Source: Balanoglossus misakiensis
Taxonomy: Eukaryota > Animalia > Hemichordata
Assembly (NCBI GenBank): GCA_040954595.2
Contig: CM082578.2
Location: 4,756,831 to 4,820,830, forward strand
Length of the DNA: 64,000 nucleotides
Direction of reading: 5' to 3'
Shown here: piece after piece, positions 14,027-27,375 of the stretch
How the letters are laid out: the number at the start of each line of letters is the position of its first letter
Position numbering within the stretch: position 1 is the stretch's first letter
The notes under the pieces: model-generated
What the model saw: the letters and a program-made list of their open reading frames with translations, nothing else
What the model was told of the DNA's origin: nothing
Database searches by the model: none
Program-made: the position numbers and the translations under genes

Positions 14027-14302
14027 TTATTTTTACGCACACAGCCCTGTCACGCGTCGCTGCAGTTCAGTAGCTCGAGGTCTTGCCTTGGTTTGGTTTG
14101 TGTGTCATGATTTTTCCGTCTAACCATGGAGCTACCACACAAAAGCAAATCCTGGAGCTACTGAACTAAACTGCAGCTGAGCTCTGTGATGATGATGATG
14201 ATGATGATGATGCAAAATGCACCTGGCTTCACGTAACCAGGTAACGACGGTTTACGCGCCTGTGTTTTTCACATAATTTCGCGATTCTACTGCATCAATT
14301 AC

Positions 14303-14445
14303 CTGACAAAAGTTGCGTGTGAACTGTAATATCCTCAGCACAGCATAAACCATAGACAGTAGTGTATGACACAACAATCTCCAAGTACAACCAACTAAAA
14401 GCTATCGCTACCGGTGACCACTTCAAACCGGAAGTTATAGTATCC
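14303..14445 (-). promoter_or_regulatory. Putative non-coding first exon/promoter of the ABCC gene
   Basis: Minus-strand donor CAG|GTAATT at 14302; ETS-type CCGGAAGT at ~14428; acceptor TTAG at ~13557 upstream of the ATG. Confidence 0.45.
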
Positions 14446-14451
14446 ATTTGA

Positions 14452-16015
14452 CCCAACCGATTTGGGGTCAACGTCATTTGCGTTACACATCGAAAGGTCA
14501 CTGGCCGGGGTCAGAGAAAAAGGCCCACTGTTCATGCTGTTGGTTCTGCCGCGCCGCTCGCTGGTCTGTTTGCAAATAGCCACATTGACATCATCACTTT
14601 ATGCATTATGCCTACGTCATAACATTATGTTTTTTTGGAATAACATAAAAACATTCTTTCTTTTAGAGAGAAACAGGGTGTTGCCATCCAACTTTTTTCA
14701 ATAAGGGACCGTTCAGTTTTTACGGCCGGGGGGGGGGGGGGTTACTTAAATTTTGAAGTCCGAAAGCGGGGGTCATCGTTTTTTTTAAAACGTTTAGGGG
14801 GGGTCACTTACTTTTGCCACAAAACTTTTGCTTTTGAGTCCACAAAATTGCTGTTTCGCGTCCTTTATTCCTTTACAAAAAAATTCTAATGTGGGAGGGG
14901 CACGCCCCCTCCCACACCCACCCCCTCCATTCTTCGCCACATTTCAGTTATTGGCTGGTTTGTCTAGTGTACGAGGGCAGACTACTACCACCCCACCACA
15001 CCGATGCGTACTTTGAGTGGAGTGGCAAAATTTAAATTGGTCCTCCCCAATATTGAGTTAATTTGCTTTTGAGTTCATTAAAATGCAACTTTCAGCCCGA
15101 TATTTTACAAAATTTTCTTAGGTGGGAGGGGGACACCCCCTCCCAACCCCTTTGTTCTTCACCACATCTAATGTACCAAGGCATAGGACTTGCCCCACCC
15201 CACCCCACAACGATGCTAACATTGACTGGCAAAAGTAAAATGTGTCCTCCCTAACATTTACTTATTTGCTTTTGAGTTCATTAAAATGCAACTTTGAGCA
15301 CCGTATTTTACAAAATTTTCTCTGGAAATGACAACGCTGTGGGTCACATGGCCAGATCACGCGATTGATAGTAAAGAATTTCATAAACGAAAGAACATTG
15401 TCATCTTTGCATTGAAAATAAAGAATATTTTGGAGTAGAATGTCTCATTAGAGGTCAACCATGATGCCCAAATTAAGTCGTCTTGCTGGTGGTGACTCCA
15501 ACCTCAAACTGGTTGAGAGAACTAGCCCCGGTGAAGTTAGGCTGTAGCGCTGCCATACAGTTTTTTTTGCCAACATACAGATAAGAATTTCAGGAATAGG
15601 TTTTATTAAAACAAGCTGCAAGTATTATTCCGTGTTTGTGTGAGGTTTGAAATATTTCATAGTCGTTTTCTGGTGTAATCTATCTCTTGCAATCTTGTTG
15701 CCACTTGGGATGTATTAAAGGGCTGTGTGTTACCGATAATTGTTAGACTGGTACACCACAGAGAGCGGCGTTTGTGAAAGCTGAGTGACAAACCTGGTTT
15801 CTGGTTCAGTTTGCGATTATGTAGTGACAAGAATAAAATCATTTTCGCTTAACACTTAAGTCTTCATATCACATATATGTTTTCCCATAAACTCTGCCTG
15901 GAGGTCAAAATTCTGACCCCCAGTGTATGTGACCAGTCAGTCTATCAATTATTCTAGGGAATGGAGAGCACCAGGCGTCTGCATAAAGACGCTATGTAAG
16001 GATATTATTATTGTA
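14452..16015. repeat. Duplicated upstream block: 14452-14704 matches 27776-28075 and 15365-16015 matches 28310-29030 (direct orientation)
   Basis: Near-identical runs, e.g. TTGGGGTCAACGTCATTTGCGTTACACATCGAAAGGTCACTGGCCGGGGTCAGAG and AAACTCTGCCTGGAGGTCAAAATTCTGACCCCCAGTG in both places. Confidence 0.93.
14705..15320 (+). mobile_element. Left half of PIF/Harbinger-like MITE (family 1)
   Basis: taa|GGGACCGTTCAGTTTTTACGGCC + poly-G; internal repeats TTTGCTTTTGAGTTCATTAAAATGCAACTTT. The paralogous site at ~28075 is empty. Confidence 0.75.
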
Positions 16016-16484
16016 TAAAGGTGGCTAAAAACACTGTCAGTAGCTTAGACGATCTCCCGGTTTCAGTTCTTAGGCGGCGAGCGGCGGAGCGCCCACACAG
16101 GACTGAATCAGATTCAGTCTAACACCACTATAAACAGTAACAGTAACACACAAAGAGATTATGTGGCGATGTTCTTTTGTTTTGGTGTCTGTTATGTGTG
16201 TGTACTGTAAAATCTGCGCCAGGTTTTTTGACAGCAGATAAATAGTCAAGTATGCTATTTGTTAACGAGTTTGTAAAGTTAATATTTTTTTATGATAGCT
16301 GAGACGCCGACACTGGACGCTCTTCTGTAGTCCGTGAAAATGGCCACCACACGTGATCATCGACGAACGGCGACACTTTGCAAATGTACTGCTATAATTA
16401 TTCTCATTCTTTGAACTTTGGAGGGACGTCAAGTACAAAAATTATAGAAGTTTAACATGTTTAAATCAGTATTGAATTGTCGTG

Positions 16485-18482
16485 TTGTTCATGTCTTTTT
16501 ATTAACAGAGTCAGAACTGCACAAAGTGAACATTTACTTTGCAATAAAACCCAGGAAAAACAACCTTTTTCATGATAAGGGGAAAAATGCTCTGGGAAAG
16601 CGTAGGTAATATGCAGATTCTCCAAGTTTACAGACAATTGTATTTTACTGAAATTAATGCCTCCTATAAACCTAACTTTCAAATGAAAATGCTAATCTGG
16701 CTTAGAAAATAGTTGAAAGAGAAAATATTGACAATTTTATTGTATATCAAGCAAAAGTTGTGCACTGAAAGTTTTAGGTAAAACTGACAAATATCAAAAG
16801 TTTGTCACTGAATAAATAAAGTGTTCTCAGTAAATCATAACAAGTTTATTGTTACACACTAACACTGTTCTGTATAACAACTCAAGGGCCACTACCTGTA
16901 ACTCTTGGTACAGAACACTGTTATTATTGGCAAATGCATTCCATTGCAGACTTGAATACATTTTGTAACAATAACAATGCTGATTATGCATGCAAGAAAT
17001 TATGGTTCATGCACAGACCACAATTACTGAAAAAATCATAAAATGTTACAGATAGTGGAACCTCATGGAAATGATAATAAATTGCATCCAAACTGTGTTC
17101 CATAAATATTAGAACTTAAAAATGGCAAGTAAAAGCAAATTCATAAATTTTCACGTTAAAATAGGAAGAATAAAAAGGATGATATTTAAACTGTTGAAAC
17201 TGCACACACAAGTTGTGTAAAAAGTGACTAATGTACTGATCACAAGAAACTATACTAGACTTGAAGAGTTATATACTTGAAGGAAACCTCATCAGTTACA
17301 GCCACTGGTAAAACTTCATTAAAGATCCCCGAAATTGGGGGTAAAGACTTAATGACATGGGCACTTAGATGACTGTTCCACAAAAAATATATACTTTTTC
17401 AAAGTTCATTAAAGACTCCCAAACATTGAGGGAAAAAGACACAGAAAGGACTGATCAAGTGTAAAATAAATGAAAACTGAAAGTGTATAAAAATATTGAA
17501 TTTTTTTTTTATAAAAAAGGTAAATACCACAAGTTTTTTATTGTTCATAAAGTGTAAATAATGCATTGTCTGGAAGCCATGTTGCATAGGCTCGATTCTA
17601 TTTAATTAATTATGAGTGAATTCCCTTCTATTATGCCACCCCCTTCCCGCTAAATAAGAAAACCAAGAATTATGCATATATGGCTTCTGCAAACATTATT
17701 TATGCATTTATGAAGAAAACTTTCATCAAAAAATCAAAGTACTGTAGACACTCACACATTGCATATGAATGTGTACAATAAAATGATAAAAATACTTATA
17801 AATGTCAAGTAAAAGCGAAATCGTAAAGTTCATAATAAAATGCAAAAAATTAAACAGATATACCGGTATATCAAACTGTTCAACACAGCTGCGAAAAGCA
17901 ACTAATGAACTGATCCCAGGAAACTACACTGGACTTGAAGGATCTATTGCAATTATTTTTGCATCATCAAAATGTACATGACTAACCAACCGTGGGAATC
18001 ACAGATGCAGAAATACGACGACAGAACTTCCATACACCCAAAAATAATGAACATTCAAATACAAATTAACAAAAAAAAAAAACTTTGGCAATCACATATG
18101 CCAAAACACAACTACTGAACTCCAAGACAATCAATACGACCATAAAAAAACCAGACATCTAACAAAAATCCCAGACACTGTAGTGATATCGCCCTCTATA
18201 AAGTGTTATAGCCTCGTTCTGGCACACAAGCTCTTGTTATGAGTCACCAGAAATAAAGTTGTTGTTCAAGTTGACTGCTTCGTCAGCCTCCTATTCTGTC
18301 GCTAATATAACAGACACAAAAGATGTCTCTCCAAAGGGAAAAAAAATCAGAAAAGGTTTGAGCACAAGTCCCGGTACATTGCACCACTCACAAACAAACA
18401 TACACGCATACCAGCATACATACACTCAGACACAGACACACACACAGACCCTCGGGTATATTACGTACGTACGTACATACAT

Positions 18483-18500
<18 letters not shown>
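16485..18500 (-). repeat. Probable NLR 3' UTR/terminal block, paralogous to 38965-42155 and 57995-61155
   Basis: Long shared runs (e.g. GCTCTGGGAAAGCGTAGGTAATATGCAGATTC; ACATTGCACCACTCACAAACAAACATACACG). Minus-strand AATAAA at ~16498 lies next to the homology boundary. Confidence 0.85.
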
Positions 18501-18525
<25 letters not shown>

Positions 18526-18782
18526 AAACATACATATATGAATTCCTATGTACACATTCTTTATATAATACAAAAATATAGTATACTGTCTGAATAAGAA
18601 ATGAAGGTTTTTGGCAACTTTTGCTCCACCTCCTAACATAAATGAAAATACAAATTAAATGGTTGTGATAATGAAGACTTATTCATTATCTGAAACCAGT
18701 AGTTTTGCGAAAAGGGTGTTTCTTTTCTGTTCGGTTATTATTTGATATTTCAGGTCATAGTTCAGGTCGCAGTCAGGACATT

Positions 18783-21700
18783 CTAGCCACAAGAGGTCAC
18801 AGTAACTTTGATATGGTCACCTTTCAAACACAGACTATGTTCATCATCTGAGGATGAGCAACTATCATCTATGACAAAACCACCTTCCATCAATGCACCT
18901 TTCAAGACGTTTACATTCTCTGGTTGCAATGCGTCACAGAGTTCAATCTGAAGTTGACTTTGTCGACATTTATCAGATTCTGGGATGCTGTCAATCAAAG
19001 CCTGAGTGCTGCCATTCAAATCACAATCTTTGAACTCTACATCTTCCAATGACTCTTTGCTGATCAACTCTTTCCACTGATCTATGCAAGTGTCATGTGA
19101 TGGTGTTTTCCCATCAATGATGCTGACTTTGGACAGACATGGCAGAGCTTGAACACATCTACACACATTTTCTATTGAGAAAACTCGTGAATAGGATTGT
19201 GTTTCAGAGAACTGATAACCAGGGTGTTCAATTTTCAGTGACTTCAGTTCAGATGTGTCTGACAGACCCCTACATACTCGTCTGTGCAATTCAGTCAAAC
19301 CCTTGTTGTCTTCTAGTAAGAAGGATTCCGCCTCAGTGACATTACACTGTTCAATATACTGGACTAATTTAAAATCCTGACCAAAAGCATAGTCATATAT
19401 AGCTAATTCATGCTCTACTTTAAACAATACCTCATCATAATAGGCTAAATCTAAATCATAATGGAATGCTAACTGAAGTTTGATGATTTTGGATGATTTG
19501 GTGTATCTGCCACATGCAGTTATGTAATGACCTTCTAATTCCAATTGACGAATAACCATGCCAGCAACCACAAATCTATCAATTATCTCTGATATTCTGT
19601 GAGGATCAGCACAGCCTGCTGGAGATAACCATGGGGTCCATTCATATGAAAAGACAAATGTTTCAACATGTTGACATTCTTGAATAATATTGCAAAAGTC
19701 CTTTGCAAAGTCATAACTGTCAGTGTCAATGTACCGTGAAACATACTTGTAGGTAAAAGTCTGGGCATTCACCAGAGCCAAACTATGTAATATTTGTTGA
19801 TTGCGAGACCAGGACTGTGAATGGTTATCACACAATGTGACGTTGTTGAACCTAAATATATCTGAACAAGCCAATATGAATTGTGTCACAACACCAAAGT
19901 TCCCCCAGCAGAATTTGCAGGAACAATGAACTATCTTTGCATCTATGGAAATGCTCTCCTCGTCTGTCGACAGACAATCAGAAAGTACTTGATGAAGACT
20001 GACAGGTTCACAACTTAATTTACAAATTTTAATTACAATTTTATGATTTCCAATCTTGGCAATAATATCACAGTGTTCACCAAAGCAGAGATGACAGTTC
20101 TCAGGGCAACTAGGTCGAAAGTACACTCGTTTTGGCGTACTTGGTTGGTATTTCTTTAACAAACCATGTATAGTTTTGATGAAATCAAACCTGGCATATT
20201 GTATTTCCAAACTAACTTCTTCAGCTCTAAATTTGAGCAAATCTGAGATTATGCCCGTGATATAACAATTATGTTCATGAGTGAAACTGGTGAAATCACA
20301 AAATGCCAACCACAGCTTACCGGTATTAAGATAGACTGATACAGCATTTTTTGGCATTGACTTTACAGATTCAAGGTTCTTCTCTCGTATGTCACATTTG
20401 ATATTCATGTCCACTGTAACTTTGTCACTTTCAATGGACGCATTCTGTGAAAACAACTGTAAGTGATCAAGGAAATCTATACTGTTGTAACACCTGCTAG
20501 AAAACTTGTCAAGTTGAAACCTGGCAGTGAGATTCAGTGTACTCTTTTGCATTCCCATGCCTTCCTCATCAAATTCTAAAGAAAATGAGCCGAGTGATTT
20601 ATTCTCGCACAATGCTGAATGCAATGTGTTTAAGAATGCTACACTGCAGTAAGGTGTTAATTTAATGTTAAGTTGTTTGGCAGTAATCTGTGATACACTT
20701 TGGAGTAGACCGCAGGTGTACATCATGTCATCTTTGAAGCTGTATTGTGGGCATATGTCACTAGAGAAGTCCAACGACAACCTACAAAACTTTACCAGGG
20801 CCAACCTTCTGTGCATGTCCTGTATGTCAGAAATGTTCTTGTCTTCAAAATGACCAGAATACATGATGTTCATGTCTAGAGTAACTTCACCATTATTAAT
20901 GGATGCATAATCTGAAAGTGCCTGATAAACACTCACAAAATCAAAATTGCCACCTCGAAAGAAATGGATTTTAAACTTTCCAAACTTGACGGTGATATTG
21001 TCCATATGATGTGTTTGCCACTGGTTACCATCACAGTTGAATTCTACATCAACTGACCTGATCGACTTACTCTCACACAACACTGCATATGCAGTTTTCA
21101 TGAATTCTATACTGTCTATCGGTAACCTCCCTATGACAAGATTGTTGGCAGTAATCTGTGACAGACATTGGACTACGCCAGCAAGACCAGTGATTAAGTT
21201 AGAACAATCAGAATCGATTAAGTTAGAACAATCAGAATCGATTAAGTTAGAACAATCAGAATCAGAATCAGAAAAAGAATCAGTGCTATCAAACAATTCC
21301 AGTGATAAAATGTTGAAACCAACCGATTTCACTCTTTCAAGCATGGCCTGTACATCAGCTGCAGATTTGTCCCTCAAATCACACACAATATCCATATCTA
21401 GTTTAAGTTCATCATTATTCACAGATGCATTCTCTGAAAGACACTGATGTAGACTCACAATATCAAAATTCATGTTACATGTTATTACAAAACAGAAATT
21501 AAAATGTGAAAACCTTGAATTAATATTAATAATCAATTGACCTATAATGTTTGACAGTTCCACACTTGAATCATAAAATTCAACATCAACTGATCCAAGA
21601 GACTTATTCTTGTATAACTGTGTATGTACACCTTTTATGAATTCCATGTCCCACCCAGGGAGCCATTTAATCTCAAGCTTGTTGGCAGTAATCTGTGACA

Positions 21701-24700
21701 GACATTGGATGGCATCTGTTGTGGCAACAAGAAAATCAGTTTCTACGTCTCTTGAAATATTGAATGTCAATAACAGTTTTTCAAAATTAACCGAAGTCAC
21801 TTCTGCCAGCAAAGACTGTATATCAGACTTCATGTTCTTATTATCAGAATCACAATTGATTTGAAATTCCCGACGAATTCTCTTAATCTTACCATAGTGT
21901 GAAAGCAACTGGCACAGATCTGAAAAATCAAAATCCCTGGTATTCACAGTGTACCTGCCATTAAAGCAACCATGCTTACCCCTAATATCGAGTGTACTTG
22001 TGTCAAAGGATCTGAAACTAGTTTGTCTTGACTGCTTGAAAGACTCAACTTGAACAACAATTGATCCAAGAGACTGATTACTACATAATGATTCATGTAC
22101 AGCTTTTATGAATTCCATATCACCAAAAGGTAATCCTTCAATGACAAGTTTGTTGGCAGTAATCTGTGATAGACATTCAACCATAATTGTCAAAGACTTC
22201 ACGTCTACCGGTAAGTCAGTACTTTTAGAATCAGAACATAACAGCTGGTATTTTTTCAATAACAGCTTCTTACAATTACCATTAGCCTCAATATTAAGTG
22301 ATGGTTGGTGGTTTTGTCGACATTTCGTAAAATTGATTGACACACTCTTTATCAGGTTATTACCTTTCTCAACATGTACAAGTTTCATAACTTCACAATA
22401 CTCAACAGGTAATCCCTCAATGTGAAATAGTTCCGTCATCTTTGACAAACCTTCCACTAGACACTTAATATTATGCCGATGAATGCTTTTCATGTTTGAA
22501 TTATCATAATTCAAAACCTCCACTTTAATCTCCACATGTTTTGGATATTTCAACTCTTCATCTCTAGCAGTCCTAGTGGCATTTGTTTCTCTCAATTTGT
22601 CAGAACATATTTCACTTATAAAATCACAATTGCAAACACTATTTGTGACATCACACTGTTTTATATCATATTTTATATCTATATCCAGACGTATATCCTC
22701 CATGTGTTTAGCTTTGAATAAGTCAAAAAAATTTCTGAATGTATCTGGTGTCAAAGGATTTGATGCAGAAATCTTCAATGTGATGGCTTTAGAACAAATA
22801 TTTGGGCATTTCAAAAGCAATGTGTTGATAAATATGTATTTGTCAGAATTGTTATCCATGATGTCAAAGTCTACTTTCAGATGTGTGGGTAAAAACTGAG
22901 CACAATGAACAATTGTTTCCTCAGATTCACAACCACTTTCATATAACATTGGCCTTGCATCAAAGAATTCATCTAAAAAAGACCTACTCTCCCAAATCTT
23001 GAATACTTTATCAACATTGGCTTGCAAGTGACCACCAAGAAACTTCAACATTGTATCATTCCTACGTAAATAATCTCCAATAACTGAAAATGCAACAGAA
23101 TCTTCAAATTCTTTATGGTTACTAGTGCATAGATTGGAAATGTGCAATGAAGCAAAATATTCCTGAAATGTGAAATGATAAAATGAATAATTCAGAGGTT
23201 GAGATGATGTTTTTGTCAGAAGTCCCAACTTCTGTAAGTGTTGATGACCTGAAATTTCTTTCTCACTGAAAGAATGTTTACCAGAGAATAAAGCAGTATA
23301 TGACAGTTTACTTAAGTAGAGAATTTCATCCCTGATTTCATCACTATTTGGATCAATAATGTTATCTTGTTTTTCACAGTATCGTTTTACAACATAATCA
23401 ATTAACTCTTCATAAAGTCCTGTGATTGTGTGTAGTAGTTTCTTTGTTTTCATCCAAATATCACACAACATCAAAGTATTCAAAGGACTCTGCAAAAATC
23501 CAAACAAAATATTGTGGTGTATGGATGTCTTCAATTCATTGATAAAACTCTCAACTGTTTCTGGTGTTACAGTTTCATCCATTGAAGACATTGCATTTAT
23601 ATGCTTTTTAATAAAAGCTTCTGCATTCTGTCTGTCAAAACCCTTAATCAATAATTGTCTCTCATACATCTGTTTGGAGTTCTTGTCCCTGATTTTCCGA
23701 GACGTTACAATTACTGGGCAGTCAGGCAGCAGTGGTCGTTTTTCTCGGATCATTTGCTTAAAGTACACTGGGAGATCATCAGTACTGACTTCATCAAGTC
23801 CATCAAAGACAAAACACACTTGTGATTGATTGCTTTCAACAAAACTCCATATCTCATCTGCTCCTTCGACATTTTGTAACAAGCAATCAAAAACTGCATC
23901 TTTAAGACTTTGTTTCTGACTATTTTCAAAATGGTATTCATGTAGATCTTTCAATTCAAAATGAAAAAGAAGTTTGAAACAATTGAGAAAGTTTACATTG
24001 CCTTTTGCCCAATCATATGCCAACTTTTTACAAAGAGTTGACTTACCATACCCTGGATCACCTTCTATTAAAATCCGTCTCGGATTTTCACAATCATTAG
24101 TTCCTGTGAATAAATCTTGTATGGCAAAATCTCTGAAATGTCCACCTTTGGTATGTAATTCTAACTGAACGTAGATATCTTCGAGTTTCAGTCTGTCTGT
24201 TCCATCCCACCATGGTAAGGGGAGAATGTTGGACTGTCTCTTGTAGTATTCTTGCAACTTTTTCTGGCACTTGATGACAACATCTGAAATTATTATCATT
24301 GAATATATCTGCATTACCACTCACAAGAACCAAAGTATCATGGTGCACCAGCTAGCATTTCATCAAATGTGATTTTTGAGCGTTTAATTTGGATGAAATA
24401 GCCCCTCAACATCTTTGAACATCATTGAAGTGATACCTGATTAAAAATATTCAAGCACTGATAATAAAATGATGGTTGGGCTCAGATGTCTTTTTGTGAT
24501 TGAGACCAGAAAATCTAATTCTTTCACCCACTTCATAAGGACCAATTTCACAATGGAAATCAATAGTTTTGGAGCAAAACATAGTGGTGAAAGGGTTCAA
24601 CTAATTCATGGTGAGAAACGTACCTGGTGTAGTTTTCATGGTTGGTATATCCATGGTTGGTTTATTATCAGAAGTGCTTGGTTGGTCATCCTGTTGAGAA

Positions 24701-26661
24701 TCTATCAAAATAAAAAAAAATAACGTATAACAAATCTCTAATAATCATTTTTTCCCCTTCTTTGACACAAATTAATATAATCATTGCAGATGTTGTAAAC
24801 TAAAAAGTATTGATACATTTATAAGAAGAGGTTACAAGTATACTTGTAACTACTATAAAACCAAATGTAGAATTTATTTTCAAACATTGAAATCTGTATT
24901 CAAATTAAAGTAACATATTACTGGTGCAAATACAAGAATAAATGATGATTTTAAAAACAAGTTTACCTGCAGTTGTAGTGTCCTCAACAGCTGGATCAGT
25001 TTGTTGCCTAGGTGATTGTGACTGTCGTCTTGATGTCAAGGAATACTGTGCATGTCTGTCTATGTGGTGTTGTAAACTTGTGGTTTCACCTTCTGGATCT
25101 TTCATCATTGTCATCATCTCTATCTGTGTTGCAGCTGAACTAACTGCACTGCTAGCAGCAACATCACCCACATCTGAAAAACCTGATGTACAGTATGTGA
25201 AAGATAAACACTGCTGAGTTCATTGTTGTGTGTAGAATTCCTATTAAAATATATTTCAATTACCACAAGTACTCTAAGTGTTCAACTGCTCAAAATGCTT
25301 AAGCACCATTTCTTTTTAAAATTAAATGTTCATTTTACTGCCATACATTTGGCTCATTAGTTCACAAATGCGAGCATTCTAACCATTATGTAGGATGGTG
25401 TGTGGTTAGTGACGACAGCATCAAACCATGACCATTTGAACTGCACAGATGACTTCAAAATGCCATTTGTTTCAATCACTTTGACCAGCTGAGGAGACAC
25501 TAATTTTTTTATCATTTCATCTCTTTCAAAATCATAATTTTGGGTGAACCTGATATTTGCATAATACAAATGCACACTTGTATTGTAAAATTCTGCAAGT
25601 CCTTACCATAAGATTCCGTGGTGGATACTGGAATCTTGGACTCTTCTTCTCTTGTCACTTCATCATATGGATATTCTTTGTCAAATCCTTTCTCATATCG
25701 AATTTCTACATGCTTTGCTAACATGTAAAGTCTGGCAGTTTTCAACAGATGAATAAGTGTCTCAGGTTTGTCTCTTGATAAATGTCCAGACTTTAACAAC
25801 TTTTCAAATAAAACGTACGCACGTTTCTCTCTCAGAATTTCTTCCCTCACAACTGTAGGTATTGAAGGTTTCTTTAAGGCACCCAGTCCATCTACCAATT
25901 TAATCAAGTCATCTGTAAATGCAAAAAAAAAGAAAAGATTATGGAACTGTAAACCCTTTTCTGGAAATAAATCTCTCAAGAAAAACTTAAAAATTACAGT
26001 AGCTAATCACTGTCAACCTGGCACGCTGGGAGTGTGAGAACAAATCGATCCCACACTCTCACTGAATCGAAAGCTGTATATGACGCAAGCGCTGATTGGT
26101 TGACAAAGCGTTCTTTTGCTACGCGTGCTAAAAGTTATCCAATGGCGCGATGTTTATTATAGGGACAGAGACTACAACGTGCCCAGACGACAGTCATTTA
26201 TTCAATGTTTTTAACGAATTTGGCTAATTTGTGACCGTGTGAGAAAAATAATCTCACACACCAAGGACCTGGGATCATATTTCTCACACTCGTCGGGGAT
26301 ATTTTGTCCCACACACGCCTGCAGCTCATATGGGACAGAAAATCCCCGACGCGTGTCACGGTGTGAGAAATATGATCCCAGGTCCTTGGGAGTGTGAGAT
26401 TCCATTAGTCCTTGTGTCAAGTTTGAATAAAATCAGTTCAAGCATGTGCAAATATACTGTTTGAGGGGCTGTCTATGATGTCATTATAGACAGCCTATAC
26501 ACAACCTGGGCGTGCACACTGATGGGTAGACATCCATGAGTGTTCCACAGCACCACTCACACAGGGATAAAAACATTCAAATATTAAATGTATGTCTCAC
26601 CATTTCCGATGTCATCTGCCAACCTTATAAGATACACCATGAACAGATCAAAATCTGCCAT
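18783..26661 (-). CDS. NLR-like protein, ~2050 aa: N-terminal death effector domain (DED), low-complexity linker, NACHT NTPase, C-terminal ~155-aa repeats; exons 26661-26601, 25912-25607, 25173-24967, 24701-24624, 24283-18783
   Basis: All introns GT-AG phase 1; spliced length 6153 nt, open to the stop. Walker A GDPGYGKS, Walker B FVFDGLDE, VIVTSR sensor, SPLNTLMLC, YSFYHFTFQEYFASLHI winged-helix motif. N-terminus MADFDLFMVYLIRLADDIGNDDLIKL...LFEKLLKSGHLSRDKPETLIHLLKTARLYMLAKHVE fits a DED pattern. Confidence 0.9.
21192..21263 (-). repeat. In-frame 24-bp x3 coding repeat (DSDCSNLI)
   Basis: GATTAAGTTAGAACAATCAGAATC repeated three times. Confidence 0.95.
26005..26410. mobile_element. Intronic non-autonomous element with ~150-bp near-perfect palindrome
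   Basis: ATCTCACACACCAAGGACCTGGGATCATATTTCTCACAC (26251-26289) is inverted at 26362-26400, with inner arms GTCGGGGAT..TGTCCCA / TGGGACAG..ATCCCCGAC. Outer limits approximate. Confidence 0.6.
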
Positions 26662-27375
26662 CTTTGGTTATTCTTCCAGCTCACTTCAGTGTATGGAGTT
26701 CTTCAAACGATTAACAACAGAACGCAATAAATCTGTCACACCTATCAAAGAACATATCAGTGTCAACTGAAAATAGTAGTATCAAGTATTGTTTACTTTG
26801 GTTTGATAATTCATAACTTATACATCTACACACATTTTTCTCTCCAACTAATGCCTAGCTGTCTTCAGTGGAATGCTCTGTGACATTGTAGACCAATCAC
26901 AGTTTGTCTACTTTACCAAATAATCGCGGACCAATCAAATGTTTTGTTGCTAGTACATGTACCTTTAGGTGCAGTACAGCTCTATCTGTCCACCCCAAGA
27001 TGTTTGACAAGTATATGACTAGACTTTCAACGCAAATATAATGAGACTTCCAGATTTCAGAGCGGGGCCTGTATAGTCTGTGAATTTTCTTCAACAACCA
27101 TTAATACAAGATTTGATAATGATATCCATCCAAAAAGACATGTTTCTTCGTAATTTAGAATTTAGTACAAGGAAATAGAAATTCCATAAGTAACCTCAGA
27201 TGACCTCTGCAATACCTCTGTGGTACTTTTTCACACAGATGAACAATTAAAAATAATCACAATTTTGCTGTGATGTTGATTCTATTTTCAATTACATCCC
27301 GTACTCATGCACTTTTTTACACAACCCATTTCAAATTATAGCATTTATACAAAAAAATACCATAAGAATCGCTTA

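Noticed and set aside
16040-16390. CpG-rich patch as a separate gene or promoter
   Set aside because: No ORF or RNA structure I can support; left unassigned.
19139-24168. Plus-strand ORFs overlapping the NACHT exon
   Set aside because: Antisense shadows of the long coding exon.
24284-24436. ORF-track start at 24320 and alternative acceptor at ~24437
   Set aside because: True acceptor is at 24284-24285; the 24437 option meets an in-frame stop.
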